Of a stretch of DNA of 64,000 bases, positions 20,892 through 30,498 are shown one piece after another. Source of the stretch: a virus; IMG/VR virus record IMGVR_UViG_3300042880_000420, positions 45,033 to 109,032 of that record; one strand, given 5' to 3'. How positions within the stretch are numbered: position 1 is the first letter of the stretch; the number at the start of each line of letters is the position of its first letter. The notes under the pieces are model-generated. The model did not search any database, was not told the origin of the DNA, and was given only the letters and a program-made list of their open reading frames with translations. A program made the position numbers and the translations under genes.

Positions 20892-21245
20892 TTACTTAAT
20901 TTCTAATTTCTTTTTTTTAATAAAAGAATATGCTTGTTCAGTAAGAAAATCACATAGCCAAGCTTGTGTTTCTTCATCTACAACATCTCTGTCTTCTGTT
21001 ATTCTAACTGCAGCATGATAAATTTCGTGTGCAATTGTGTTATGTGAAAGATATTTCTGTTCTATAATTAAATAATAAGACTCCATTTCAGCACTAATCA
21101 ATATTCCTTCTAATTCATAATCATTATTTGAAGTAACATTATATTTTTTGTAAACCTTATCTACTTCTTTTTTTATATTATCAGAAATAATAAATTGTAA
21201 TTTACAATTAAATGTTTCAATATTTATTATCTTTTTAACTATCAT
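20892..21245 (-). CDS. Small zincin-like metalloprotease (HExxH)
   Basis: TIAHEIYHAA followed by EETQAWL. Confidence 0.7.
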   Translation of the reverse strand: MIVKKIINIETFNCKLQFIISDNIKKEVDKVYKKYNVTSNNDYELEGILISAEMESYYLIIEQKYLSHNTIAHEIYHAAVRITEDRDVVDEETQAWLCDFLTEQAYSFIKKKKLEIK

Positions 21246-22129
21246 TACAAATTTATATAATATGATTTAAACATATTGTAATACTTACCGTACATTGCTT
21301 CTCTGTTCATTTTCCAAACATTATACATTTCTTTAAAGTCAGGAGTATTTACAATAGTGAGAGCATTGTTTCTTGCAGGTCTCATTCTTTGTTCAACCAA
21401 TTGCATTCTTTGTGTAACATCTTCACCATTCATGTATAGATTTTCAAGAATACGTTGTTTAATCGCATATTCATAATATTCATTAATCATAGGATGATCT
21501 AATACAAGAAGATTACCATTCTCATCTTCTAAGTTACCCAAATAGTTTACATACACGGTACCTGTTTCAATTCCTATAACGTATAAATATCCATCTCTGA
21601 GTTCTGCTTCCATCCAATTGTCATATTCTGGTTTCTTAGAACATATAGGATCTACTGCTCTAGCAGGTCTTACCCAAAGTCTCTTAAACTCTCTAAATTC
21701 TCTTGTTAAATAATTTCTTTTTTCTATAACTTTTACATAAGTGTCTTCACACACTACATAAGTACTTTCACAAGCACATGTAGATTCAGGTTCTTTGCAA
21801 GTATTACAACATGTTGCTGTTGGTTCTACTATAACATTTTCTGTATGTCTTCCTTGCATCACTTCTTCTTTTACATGATAGTCAGCACAAAGAACAGCCA
21901 TAGTAAGTACATAAAAATCATCTGGAAGTTTAACTCTACCGTTTATGATTTCTAAAACTTTTTGTTTTTCAGTGTTAATTCTAAGTCCAAGATCATAATT
22001 AATTCTTTGTGCAACTTTAATAAGTTGACCAGGCTCAATCATACCTTCAATTTCATAAGTGAAAAAGTCAGTGCGTACCTCATCCATTAACTCATCAAAT
22101 GTTCTATATTTTACAAATGTGTTTGCCAT
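21245..22129 (-). CDS. Tail ring / tail tubular protein with Cys-rich insertion
   Basis: VKLPDDFY motif, YLGNLEDENGNLLVLDHP, position upstream of the muzzle gene. Confidence 0.65.
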   Translation of the reverse strand: MANTFVKYRTFDELMDEVRTDFFTYEIEGMIEPGQLIKVAQRINYDLGLRINTEKQKVLEIINGRVKLPDDFYVLTMAVLCADYHVKEEVMQGRHTENVIVEPTATCCNTCKEPESTCACESTYVVCEDTYVKVIEKRNYLTREFREFKRLWVRPARAVDPICSKKPEYDNWMEAELRDGYLYVIGIETGTVYVNYLGNLEDENGNLLVLDHPMINEYYEYAIKQRILENLYMNGEDVTQRMQLVEQRMRPARNNALTIVNTPDFKEMYNVWKMNREAMYGKYYNMFKSYYINL

Positions 22130-22131
22130 TT

Positions 22132-22824
22132 TTATCTTGATATATTTTTATTATCTTGGGTGTTATCTGTAGGTATCTGTAGCATAATACCAAGATCTTT
22201 CATAACATTAGACTCTATTTCACCATACAAATAATCAGGAACATTAAATGCAGAATCTTGTCTAGATGCACAATTGTATTCTTGGTTTTCATTACATGTA
22301 ATACATTTATACTTAGATATATCATCTTCAAACACTCCTTCTATTCTTACACTAGGCCATATAATATCTGGAAAATATAAATGATCATTTAAATACCAAT
22401 AATAATTTGTTTTGTTATATTTAAAATTTTTAGAATTAGACATTTGTACATACTGTGTAGGACTAATTGGTTGTAAATCAATTTGACCATCTAAAGAAGT
22501 CACTTGTCTAATAAGTGGTCCCCAGTACCCTTGCATAAAAATTGGAATATTTTCTTTTGTTCTCATAACTGTTATATTAGTTTTTAAACCAGTACAACCT
22601 GCTTCTATCCTATCTACCTCAATTAATTCAACATTATCAAGTGTTTGTATAATTGAATTAAATTTCATAAGATTACTTTTAGAATCTTCTCTTTTCATTA
22701 ACCACTTTGCGTGTTTAGAAACAATGCTATAAAGAAATCTGTCCGTAAGAAATGCATCCTGACGAACTGCTTTTATTTGGTTTCTAACCCTTGATAATAC
22801 TTCTCCAATTGTTGTCTTGCTCAT
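22132..22824 (-). CDS. Tail ring protein (crAss-like structural protein)
   Basis: YYWYLNDHLYF...VRIEGVFED; C-terminal PTDNTQD; gene order. Confidence 0.65.
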   Translation of the reverse strand: MSKTTIGEVLSRVRNQIKAVRQDAFLTDRFLYSIVSKHAKWLMKREDSKSNLMKFNSIIQTLDNVELIEVDRIEAGCTGLKTNITVMRTKENIPIFMQGYWGPLIRQVTSLDGQIDLQPISPTQYVQMSNSKNFKYNKTNYYWYLNDHLYFPDIIWPSVRIEGVFEDDISKYKCITCNENQEYNCASRQDSAFNVPDYLYGEIESNVMKDLGIMLQIPTDNTQDNKNISR

Positions 22825-22834
22825 TTTATTATTA

Positions 22835-23419
22835 TTATGTCATATCAAATTCATCATAGCTTTCCATTAATAATTCAGTTTCTTTATCTTTTTTGTCTGT
22901 AAAGACTTGTTTTCTGAATAATCTTGAAACTCTAGCCATATTGTCAACAACAACATATTTCTTCCATTCGGTAGGATATGTTTTGCTGACAGTTCTTTTA
23001 AAATCTCTTAATGCAGTAAAACCCCACACTTCGTGAAATTTAAATCTGTATTTAGTTTCAAAATTTGTGTAAAATATTTTAGCTAAAAGCTGGTCAGATT
23101 CCCAATTTTGATGCTGCACTTTTACACCGTATTTTAAAGAGCTTTTTACATCGGTGTTTTGTCTTTTTTTCTTTTGACATGTACCAATGAATACATACCC
23201 AAGTTGTTCTAGTAGCTCCAGCCCATCTCTTTTTTCTATCACAGTTTTCCACAAATTTTCATTAAAAGTTTTAACAACTTCTTTAATTTGCTTATCTGTT
23301 AGATTTTTATATTCTTCTTTTTTTTCTCTGATTTTATTACAAAATTCAGCGTTTAGAATATTATATCTTTTAGCCCTATATCTAGGTGCATTAAGATCTG
23401 GCTTATTATAACTAGTCAT
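22835..23419 (-). CDS. IHF/HU-like basic DNA-binding protein (crAss-type)
   Basis: Basic; IKEVVKTFN...GLELLEQLGYVFI helix-plus-beta pattern; usual position before tail ring genes. Confidence 0.55.
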   Translation of the reverse strand: MTSYNKPDLNAPRYRAKRYNILNAEFCNKIREKKEEYKNLTDKQIKEVVKTFNENLWKTVIEKRDGLELLEQLGYVFIGTCQKKKRQNTDVKSSLKYGVKVQHQNWESDQLLAKIFYTNFETKYRFKFHEVWGFTALRDFKRTVSKTYPTEWKKYVVVDNMARVSRLFRKQVFTDKKDKETELLMESYDEFDMT

Positions 23420-23479
23420 TACTGGGTATATTATAATTTACGTAATTTTTAATTATTTTCCTATTTAAACTTTTAATAT

Positions 23480-24772
23480 TTAAAATAATATTTTATGTTC
23501 AAATATTCTATCAGTATTTTTTTCTACAATATCAAATGAACATCCAGCTTTTGTAGGTCCAAAGTTTGTTCCAATCCATTTAGAACCTCCAAACAAAGAC
23601 AATGCATTTCTATATCTGAAGTTATATGATTGTTCTGAAGTGTTTTTATGAAGATCACCTTTTATAAAACTTACATAAGAAACATCTGGATCTATTCTAT
23701 TATACATTAAGTATTTATTAATGTAATTCTCTGTCTTATCATTAAGATGAAGAGGAAGTCCGTGTTTCATATCTTCTGTATCTTTTCCATGAGATAACAA
23801 GAACACGTGTTTACCATAATAAATATGATCTATAAACTTCTCTTGTACAGATGTTTTAACATAGGGATATTTTGCATTAACATAAATCTCAAGTGCTCTA
23901 CTTACCATGTAGTCAAATATGCCACCATGATTAGAACATGCGTTTGATATAATGTGATAGCTTTCTGCATAATCACTTGTAAATACAACATCATAAAAGT
24001 TTTTTTCTACAGTAAGAACATTTTCAAATGCTTCTTTATCTGTCATATTTTGTGGCAGTTTATGCCCACCTCTAGTAGTTTGAGCATTCATACCATCCAT
24101 TCTATCTCCAAGATCTATAATGTATATATCACTAAATCTTTTATAAAGGTTGTGCAGATATTGTATTTCATACAACACATTATACATCCTAGATTTAAAT
24201 GTTAAAAAATTGTAATTGTTCTTGTACATTGCTTCTACATCATCTACATAAGCTGAAATGTGTTTATCTGAAGTGTATACAAATAATGCTTTTTCATTAG
24301 TTATTTTAACAGAATCTGTTCTTTTGTGCACTTGCACATTACTAAAAACTTTATTTAATATTTCATTAAAATCTTCTACATTAAGTTCATTTTCTTGCTT
24401 TTTAGTAATCATTGCAGAAATAACCCAATAGTCATTACCATTGTTTTTATGTTGTTTATTCCAATAGGAAGAAAGCTTCCATTTGGTAATGTCAATCTTT
24501 AAAATTTTTTCTATTTCTTCTGCTGTTTTTGGCTCTTCTAAAGCAATTGCTTTAATTTTTGCTGTACCTTCAGATACATTTTCAGAAAACTCAATAATCT
24601 TTTCTTCTAATACACCTATATAGGAATTTTTTTCTACATCTTCAATTGTTTTATTAATAAAAAACTGTTTTCTACTAAGGTATTCTGCAATATTAATACC
24701 TAATCTTTTAGCGCATTCTTTATTAGATTTTTTAGATTTAATAGCTTTTAAAATGTCATTATCTGAAATCAT
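23480..24772 (-). CDS. Calcineurin-like metallophosphoesterase with N-terminal HTH
   Basis: SDKH, DLGDRMDG, SNHG, HGKD and GDLH motifs; N-terminal NKECAKRLGI. Confidence 0.7.
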   Translation of the reverse strand: MISDNDILKAIKSKKSNKECAKRLGINIAEYLSRKQFFINKTIEDVEKNSYIGVLEEKIIEFSENVSEGTAKIKAIALEEPKTAEEIEKILKIDITKWKLSSYWNKQHKNNGNDYWVISAMITKKQENELNVEDFNEILNKVFSNVQVHKRTDSVKITNEKALFVYTSDKHISAYVDDVEAMYKNNYNFLTFKSRMYNVLYEIQYLHNLYKRFSDIYIIDLGDRMDGMNAQTTRGGHKLPQNMTDKEAFENVLTVEKNFYDVVFTSDYAESYHIISNACSNHGGIFDYMVSRALEIYVNAKYPYVKTSVQEKFIDHIYYGKHVFLLSHGKDTEDMKHGLPLHLNDKTENYINKYLMYNRIDPDVSYVSFIKGDLHKNTSEQSYNFRYRNALSLFGGSKWIGTNFGPTKAGCSFDIVEKNTDRIFEHKILF

Positions 24773-24844
24773 ATATTTATATTTTATATAAAGGTAAATA
24801 ATATTTTTAAAATATCAATACTTCAATGTTTGAAATGTGTTTAT

Positions 24845-24910
24845 AATTAAAGACCCCAGTTAAGAATAACTAGGGTCTTTGCCAGAAAACCAACAAACTG
24901 ACAATTTTTT
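24845..24910 (-). ncRNA. Candidate trans-acting sRNA (or 3'-UTR element) with loop UUUGUUGGUUUU; 5' end unknown, up to about 25060
   Basis: Minus strand GUCAG-UUUGUUGGUUUU-CUGGC hairpin directly before the terminator; loop complementary to start regions of several late genes. Confidence 0.5.
24849..24880 (-). terminator. Intrinsic terminator-like hairpin ending the fibre operon or sRNA
   Basis: Inverted repeat AAAGACCCCAGTTA-AGAA-TAACTAGGGTCTTT with one G-U/mismatch. Confidence 0.65.
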
Positions 24911-25064
24911 AAAAATGATTAAGTTATTTCAATACATGGTTAAGGTGGGTTTTATACTTTCACCATTGTAAATAATGTATAAGCACTTGTTCTCATAGAG
25001 GGTTTTGCTTTAATATTGTTTTAAAATTTATTTTTATAAAATGACGTAATATATTTTTTATAAA

Positions 25065-25328
25065 TTAGGGATATATTACTGTTTGCCAAGACCCGCCAAC
25101 AAACGTATATAATACATTAGTAGAAGTATCAAGTCCAAGTCTTCCTTCAACTATATTAGTTATGGGAAAAATAGATACAGATGCTCCTGTAATCAAAGAA
25201 ATACTATCCAGTGTATTTGATGTGTTTTCTATATCAGCAATAAGTTTATTAACAACAGCAATTCTGTTATTGATATCTTTTGCAGTTGCAAAATATGAAT
25301 TTTTACTTAAATTTTTTATTCCAGACAT
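25065..25328 (-). CDS. Small structural/fibre-associated protein (87 aa)
   Basis: ORF track; C-terminal LDTSTNVLYTFVGGSW resembles fibre-type motifs. Confidence 0.55.
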   Translation of the reverse strand: MSGIKNLSKNSYFATAKDINNRIAVVNKLIADIENTSNTLDSISLITGASVSIFPITNIVEGRLGLDTSTNVLYTFVGGSWQTVIYP

Positions 25329-25340
25329 TTCTTTATATTT

Positions 25341-26858
25341 TTATGTTATTGGAGCACATGGATCGCAAGGGCATGCTGTAACACAAAACTGTGCATTTAA
25401 ATATTGTGTATTTTTAATTGTATTGAGCATGTCTAAAATGTATTGTTTAGAAAAAACACTACATAAAGATGAATTAATATTTTCTAATATTTCTATACTA
25501 TTAGGATTTTCAATTTCTAATTGATTATTATTTGTAACAAATAAATTATTATTTTCACATGTTGCATTTAAATTTCCTACATATACTGCGCATTCAGCAG
25601 GAATATAATAAGCACATCCTTCAGTATCACATTGTACAACAGGATCTTGTGGATTACAATCTTCTGTATAAGGATTACATGGTAAAGTGCTAAATATCTC
25701 TACATCTCCGTATAATGTACTTACGCTATTTGTAGCAAAAGCTCGTATATAATATGTTTTGTCGTTTGTAAGACCAGACAATTTTGTAATAAATGGATTT
25801 GTTTGTGCATAATTAAAATCATTTATTACATTAGAATTACTTGTAGTAGGTAGTATTTGTGTACTACTCCAACATATTCCACGTGCTGTAATTGCTACAC
25901 CACCATTAAAAACAACATCACAACCTGTAATAGCTGTATTACTTGTTATAGAATACGGAGGAACAGTAATTACAGTGGGGCCTCCCAATGTTGCTACACT
26001 AAAAATTTCTCCATAAGTTGTACCATTTGTATTAGTAGCAAATGCTCTAATATAATAAGTTGTACCAGCTGTAAGACCACTAACTGTACCAGTAAATGCA
26101 CCTGTACCAGTTCCCATTGTAGTGTTAGTAGCAGAAGACATATCTATACTAAGACTTCTTTGTATTCCTCTAGAAGTAACAGTAGAGCCACCACTTGCTG
26201 TAACATTACCACCAGCAACAAAAGATGTAGATGTTAAACTTGTTATTGTAGGGCTTGTAGTAACAGAAGGAGTAATAGAACTTGTAGTAAATGTTTTTAC
26301 ATCACCATATGATACTCCAGATATTGTCTCTACATAACATCTTATTTTATATATTGTATTAGGCAATAAACCTAATAAAATACTTGTAAACACTCCACCA
26401 ACAGAAACATCAGTAGTTTTACTATCATTAATATCTGGATCTGGATTTGTTGATATATCCCAACATACACCTACGTTACTAATGGTTCCTACAATTCCTG
26501 TAAAAGAACCTCCGGAAATAGCAGTGCTAGATGTTATAGAACTAGCGGCAGTTGTTACTAAACTAGGTGTAGTGAATGACCACTGATTTCCATAATATAC
26601 ATTAGACAAAGCATCAATAATATATGCTCTAACATAGTATGTAGAACCTGCACTAAGAGATGTTAAATTTAATGAGTAATTAGCTGTACTATTTCCTGCA
26701 ATACTGTTTGTAGAATTAGCAGTGGTAGGATTACCAGTTGTATTCCAACACAAACCTCTAAATGCAACAGTACCACTACCTATAATAGAGTTACCTCCAC
26801 TAGTTGCACTAGTAGAAGTAATTGCTGTAATATTATTAGTGTTAAGACTGTATGCCAT
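25341..26858 (-). CDS. Fibronectin type III repeat protein (about 4 FN3) with C-terminal Cys-rich module
   Basis: Repeated T...TS..SGG...GxCW...L.....YY[VI]RA[YF]...YG....F.T units. Confidence 0.8.
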   Translation of the reverse strand: MAYSLNTNNITAITSTSATSGGNSIIGSGTVAFRGLCWNTTGNPTTANSTNSIAGNSTANYSLNLTSLSAGSTYYVRAYIIDALSNVYYGNQWSFTTPSLVTTAASSITSSTAISGGSFTGIVGTISNVGVCWDISTNPDPDINDSKTTDVSVGGVFTSILLGLLPNTIYKIRCYVETISGVSYGDVKTFTTSSITPSVTTSPTITSLTSTSFVAGGNVTASGGSTVTSRGIQRSLSIDMSSATNTTMGTGTGAFTGTVSGLTAGTTYYIRAFATNTNGTTYGEIFSVATLGGPTVITVPPYSITSNTAITGCDVVFNGGVAITARGICWSSTQILPTTSNSNVINDFNYAQTNPFITKLSGLTNDKTYYIRAFATNSVSTLYGDVEIFSTLPCNPYTEDCNPQDPVVQCDTEGCAYYIPAECAVYVGNLNATCENNNLFVTNNNQLEIENPNSIEILENINSSLCSVFSKQYILDMLNTIKNTQYLNAQFCVTACPCDPCAPIT

Positions 26859-26860
26859 TA

Positions 26861-28336
26861 TTAAAGATTAGTAAATGGTGGAATTAATTCTGGTGTATAA
26901 ATAAATTTATTACAATCTAAATTTTTAATTTCTCGTTCTGTATACGGTGTTCCAAATGTACCATCATCATTTAATGGAAGTCTTGGAGAAAGACCACTAT
27001 AACAGTCAACATGTCCTGTTTCTGCCAGAATTAAAATTAAATAATTAAAATTATAATCAGTTCCTGTTAATGTAGTTGTTAATATAGTTGGTGTTGAACC
27101 ATATGTACCAGTGTGTACATATTCCCATCCATATTGTGCAGTGTATACACCAGCTGGATCTTCTTTATACCAATGTACTGTATATGATGTAATAGGATAA
27201 AACCCAACAGGAATGTTTTCTGTAGTAAATGCAAAGTTAAGAGTTCCATCACCATTTACTGTAAATGTTGGAGTATTACTTTCGTTAATGCATGCTTGTC
27301 TACATGATTCTTCAGTAGGAGCTGTATAAAGTCCTACACCACAGTTTTCACTTACAACATCATAATCAATTGGTTCTAAAGCATTATTAACTAAAAACCC
27401 AGAAGAACATTCTGAATTTAATGCATCTTGTGCTAATACACTAACCATCCAATTTTTATTACCTGTATTGTCATATGGTGAGGTTACACTAACAACAGCT
27501 TCTCCTGTAGTGTCTGATGGAAAAATAATATCAGAACCCCATACAGCAGATGATACATTTCCTACATAATAATAGTTGCCCGTATCTAATCTGTATATAG
27601 CAGCAGTGTATGTAGTTTTTGTTGCTGTAAATACAATAGGACCAACAACACTTTGTGATACGCTGACAGTCCATGAAACTCCTGCACCAGCAGTAATAAA
27701 AGTATTAGGAGCTACACCACTACCTGTAATCTTCATACCTACAGAAATAGAACCTACACCTGGAGGCGTTGTCACTGTAAGAGTTGTACCAACTATACCA
27801 CCGCTAAATGTAATGCTAGAACCACCTATAACTTGATTAAAGTCAATAGTGATAGTATCTACACTAGGATCAGAAATAGAATTGTATGTTGCATCTATTA
27901 CAGATGGACATGTTAATGCACATTCACAATTACAATCAGAAATAATATTACAAAACAAAAGACTTAATTCTTCATCATTTTGAATATTAGTTAATAATTG
28001 TGTAATAAAATCTTTAGAAAATATATAACAAAGTTGCTCATTAATATTTTCTAAAATATTAACAAAGTTTCTTTCTGTTGTAGATGACTCTTCAAGAACT
28101 AAAAAATGAATAACATTAGGATAGAGCATCAATGCTTCTGAACTACATTTAATATCCTCACCAGTATAAATTACACACTGTAATGGATAAAGCTCACTGC
28201 ATGGATTTGGGTCTTCACATGTTACTGTAGGCATAACAATAGGATCTGGAGGACATACACAACTTGTACAGTTGTATCCACAGCTTCCGCAATTTGTAGT
28301 TGTGCTAGTTGTTACTTTATTACAAGGACATCCCAT
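26861..28336 (-). CDS. Cys-rich tail-fibre/hub-associated structural protein (491 aa)
   Basis: CVIYTGEDIKC...LENINEQLC module; Ig-like Thr/Val-rich regions. Confidence 0.6.
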   Translation of the reverse strand: MGCPCNKVTTSTTTNCGSCGYNCTSCVCPPDPIVMPTVTCEDPNPCSELYPLQCVIYTGEDIKCSSEALMLYPNVIHFLVLEESSTTERNFVNILENINEQLCYIFSKDFITQLLTNIQNDEELSLLFCNIISDCNCECALTCPSVIDATYNSISDPSVDTITIDFNQVIGGSSITFSGGIVGTTLTVTTPPGVGSISVGMKITGSGVAPNTFITAGAGVSWTVSVSQSVVGPIVFTATKTTYTAAIYRLDTGNYYYVGNVSSAVWGSDIIFPSDTTGEAVVSVTSPYDNTGNKNWMVSVLAQDALNSECSSGFLVNNALEPIDYDVVSENCGVGLYTAPTEESCRQACINESNTPTFTVNGDGTLNFAFTTENIPVGFYPITSYTVHWYKEDPAGVYTAQYGWEYVHTGTYGSTPTILTTTLTGTDYNFNYLILILAETGHVDCYSGLSPRLPLNDDGTFGTPYTEREIKNLDCNKFIYTPELIPPFTNL

Positions 28337-28346
28337 TTCTTATATT

Positions 28347-29561
28347 TTATAATGTTTTAATAGATTGTGCAGTACAATCAACGTATGAAAGACTACCCAC
28401 ACTTGTAGACATTTTTACATAATATGTTGTAGCTGTAGTTAAACCAGAAATTGTATACGTAATTAAATTAGTTGTTGGATTAATAAATGTCTGCGTACTA
28501 CCTGCTACTAATGTTGTGCATGCAGGATCAGTAAATGTTTGTAATCTATACGTTACTACATATCCGTTTGGTTGAATAAAATAAGTTCCTGTAAATGATG
28601 TAGTAGAAAGTGCATTTAATGAACCCACTGTACATGCTGTAGCAATAGGAGATACACTAACAGTTCGAACAGTATTACATACTAAATCATCATTTGTCAA
28701 ACTATATGTTAATTGTAATGATAAAGGTGTATATAAATTAATATTTGTAGAAGATAAATCTATAATTACACCGTTGGTATTTAAATTTGCTTCTGTAACG
28801 TTTACATTAACAGTAAATGTTTTAGGAACGGCAGAACCATCTGTTATTAATAAGGAACCGCCAACAGAATTAACATCTCTAAATCCACTAGGAATTGTAC
28901 AATTACCTACAAAAAATAATGTTAATCTTTTGTTTAAAACATCCGGTACCACAGTAAATGAAACAGATACAGAACTACAAGATGTTACACCTCTTACAGT
29001 GAGATAATTACTCATTGCAAGTCTCATATCATTTACTGTAATCCATAAATTTTTAATAGTATCAGCTGCGCTTGCAGGACTTACCACCCAATTAGGTACA
29101 TCTGCCATTGTAGCATAAGGTGCAAACAACGGAGGTTGTGATGCTAATGTAGAAGGAGAATAGAGCTCATCTTGAAATGTAGTTGCGGATACTAAACTTG
29201 TTGAATCACCCGTACCATTTTCTAATGTAAGTAATTGATTACCAATAGCTAATGTAATATCTTCTATGGAATGAACAAGACTATCACCCATAATACCTGG
29301 AAATGCAAAATCAGGAACTGGATCAACAGCTGTATACAGGTTATTTACACTTGTATTAATTGCTGTCACTGTACTATAAAGACTATTTAAACTACTAATT
29401 AATTGTGTAATATAATTATCATGTTGTATAACCTTATTACCAATTAATCTTGAATAATCCAATGCTTGATCTGCATCATTCAAAGGAAGTGTAGTAATAG
29501 CTGGATCAGGTTGTAACTGAGCTAATAAATTTACTAATATGTCTACTTTAGGTGTTGGCAT
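28347..29561 (-). CDS. Tail-fibre-associated protein: coiled coil plus C-terminal FN3-like domain (404 aa)
   Basis: IKNLWITVNDMR; C-terminal TISGLTTATTYYVKM. Confidence 0.6.
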   Translation of the reverse strand: MPTPKVDILVNLLAQLQPDPAITTLPLNDADQALDYSRLIGNKVIQHDNYITQLISSLNSLYSTVTAINTSVNNLYTAVDPVPDFAFPGIMGDSLVHSIEDITLAIGNQLLTLENGTGDSTSLVSATTFQDELYSPSTLASQPPLFAPYATMADVPNWVVSPASAADTIKNLWITVNDMRLAMSNYLTVRGVTSCSSVSVSFTVVPDVLNKRLTLFFVGNCTIPSGFRDVNSVGGSLLITDGSAVPKTFTVNVNVTEANLNTNGVIIDLSSTNINLYTPLSLQLTYSLTNDDLVCNTVRTVSVSPIATACTVGSLNALSTTSFTGTYFIQPNGYVVTYRLQTFTDPACTTLVAGSTQTFINPTTNLITYTISGLTTATTYYVKMSTSVGSLSYVDCTAQSIKTL

Positions 29562-29839
29562 TAGGTATTTTGTATTCTATTAATAATAGCTTGCAATACA
29601 TTTGCAAGTGTTCTAGTACCATCTCCAGGTAAAGGAGATAAATCTCCTAAGTTTAATACAGATAAATCAAGTAATGCTTTATGATGACATACTTCTTGAG
29701 AAGTTTTAAACATAACATTACTCATTGTATCACCTGCACATTCTGAAATACAACATAAATCTGGACCATCCCAGATAACACAGTTTGATGCAACTGGTGC
29801 ACAACTGACGTCTCCTAAATTTGATTTAACTGGTTTCAT
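29561..29839 (-). CDS. Cys-rich fibre N-terminal module (92 aa)
   Basis: CAPVASNCVIWDGPDLCC; TAATG overlap with the next gene. Confidence 0.6.
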   Translation of the reverse strand: MKPVKSNLGDVSCAPVASNCVIWDGPDLCCISECAGDTMSNVMFKTSQEVCHHKALLDLSVLNLGDLSPLPGDGTRTLANVLQAIINRIQNT

Positions 29840-29890
29840 ATAATATAATATACACTTTTTTTAAATATTTTCAAAAAAAGTATTATTATA

Positions 29891-30166
29891 TTACTCTGCT
29901 CCCTTATTTAATGTTTCTAATATTGCACCTTTAACAAATAAGAATACAGTATCGTTAGTTTCTATAAAGTTATATAATAATCTTTTATCAGAATCATCTA
30001 AAATCAATTCATCTGAATTTTCTAAAGTAACGTACCACCCATAAGCTTTTATAGGATTTTCTATTTTACTAGCTATTGCTAATATATTTCTTAAAGCTGT
30101 TGATAATTTCATACTTTCAGAATTATCAAATGTTTTAATTAGTCTACTAAAATTATATTTTTTCAT
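29891..30166 (-). CDS. Hypothetical protein, possible fibre chaperone
   Basis: ORF track; downstream of tail fibre. Confidence 0.5.
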   Translation of the reverse strand: MKKYNFSRLIKTFDNSESMKLSTALRNILAIASKIENPIKAYGWYVTLENSDELILDDSDKRLLYNFIETNDTVFLFVKGAILETLNKGAE

Positions 30167-30183
30167 TTTGTAAAAATAAAATA

Positions 30184-30477
30184 TTAAATAAATTCATAAA
30201 TCAAATGTGGATAAGTTTCTAATAATTTACTTATTACATAATTTTGTAATGCGTTAATTAAATTTGTATAAGGATTAACTTCTGATTCTTCATAGATTAA
30301 ATCAGTAATATCAGTATAAGGAATACATCCTTTTACATCACCATTTAAATTTGTAATATTAACATCCATATTTATTTTACCATAAGGTTCTAAATGTGGT
30401 ACCAATACTAAAATAGGATTTTTAAATATTTGTTCATTAGTTGGATTTTCAAACAATCCTGTAATTTTTATTGCCAT
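30184..30477 (-). CDS. Hypothetical protein, possible tail-fibre assembly protein
   Basis: ORF track; directly downstream of tail fibre. Confidence 0.5.
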   Translation of the reverse strand: MAIKITGLFENPTNEQIFKNPILVLVPHLEPYGKINMDVNITNLNGDVKGCIPYTDITDLIYEESEVNPYTNLINALQNYVISKLLETYPHLIYEFI

Positions 30478-30498
30478 TTTATTTTATTTTTATGTTAT

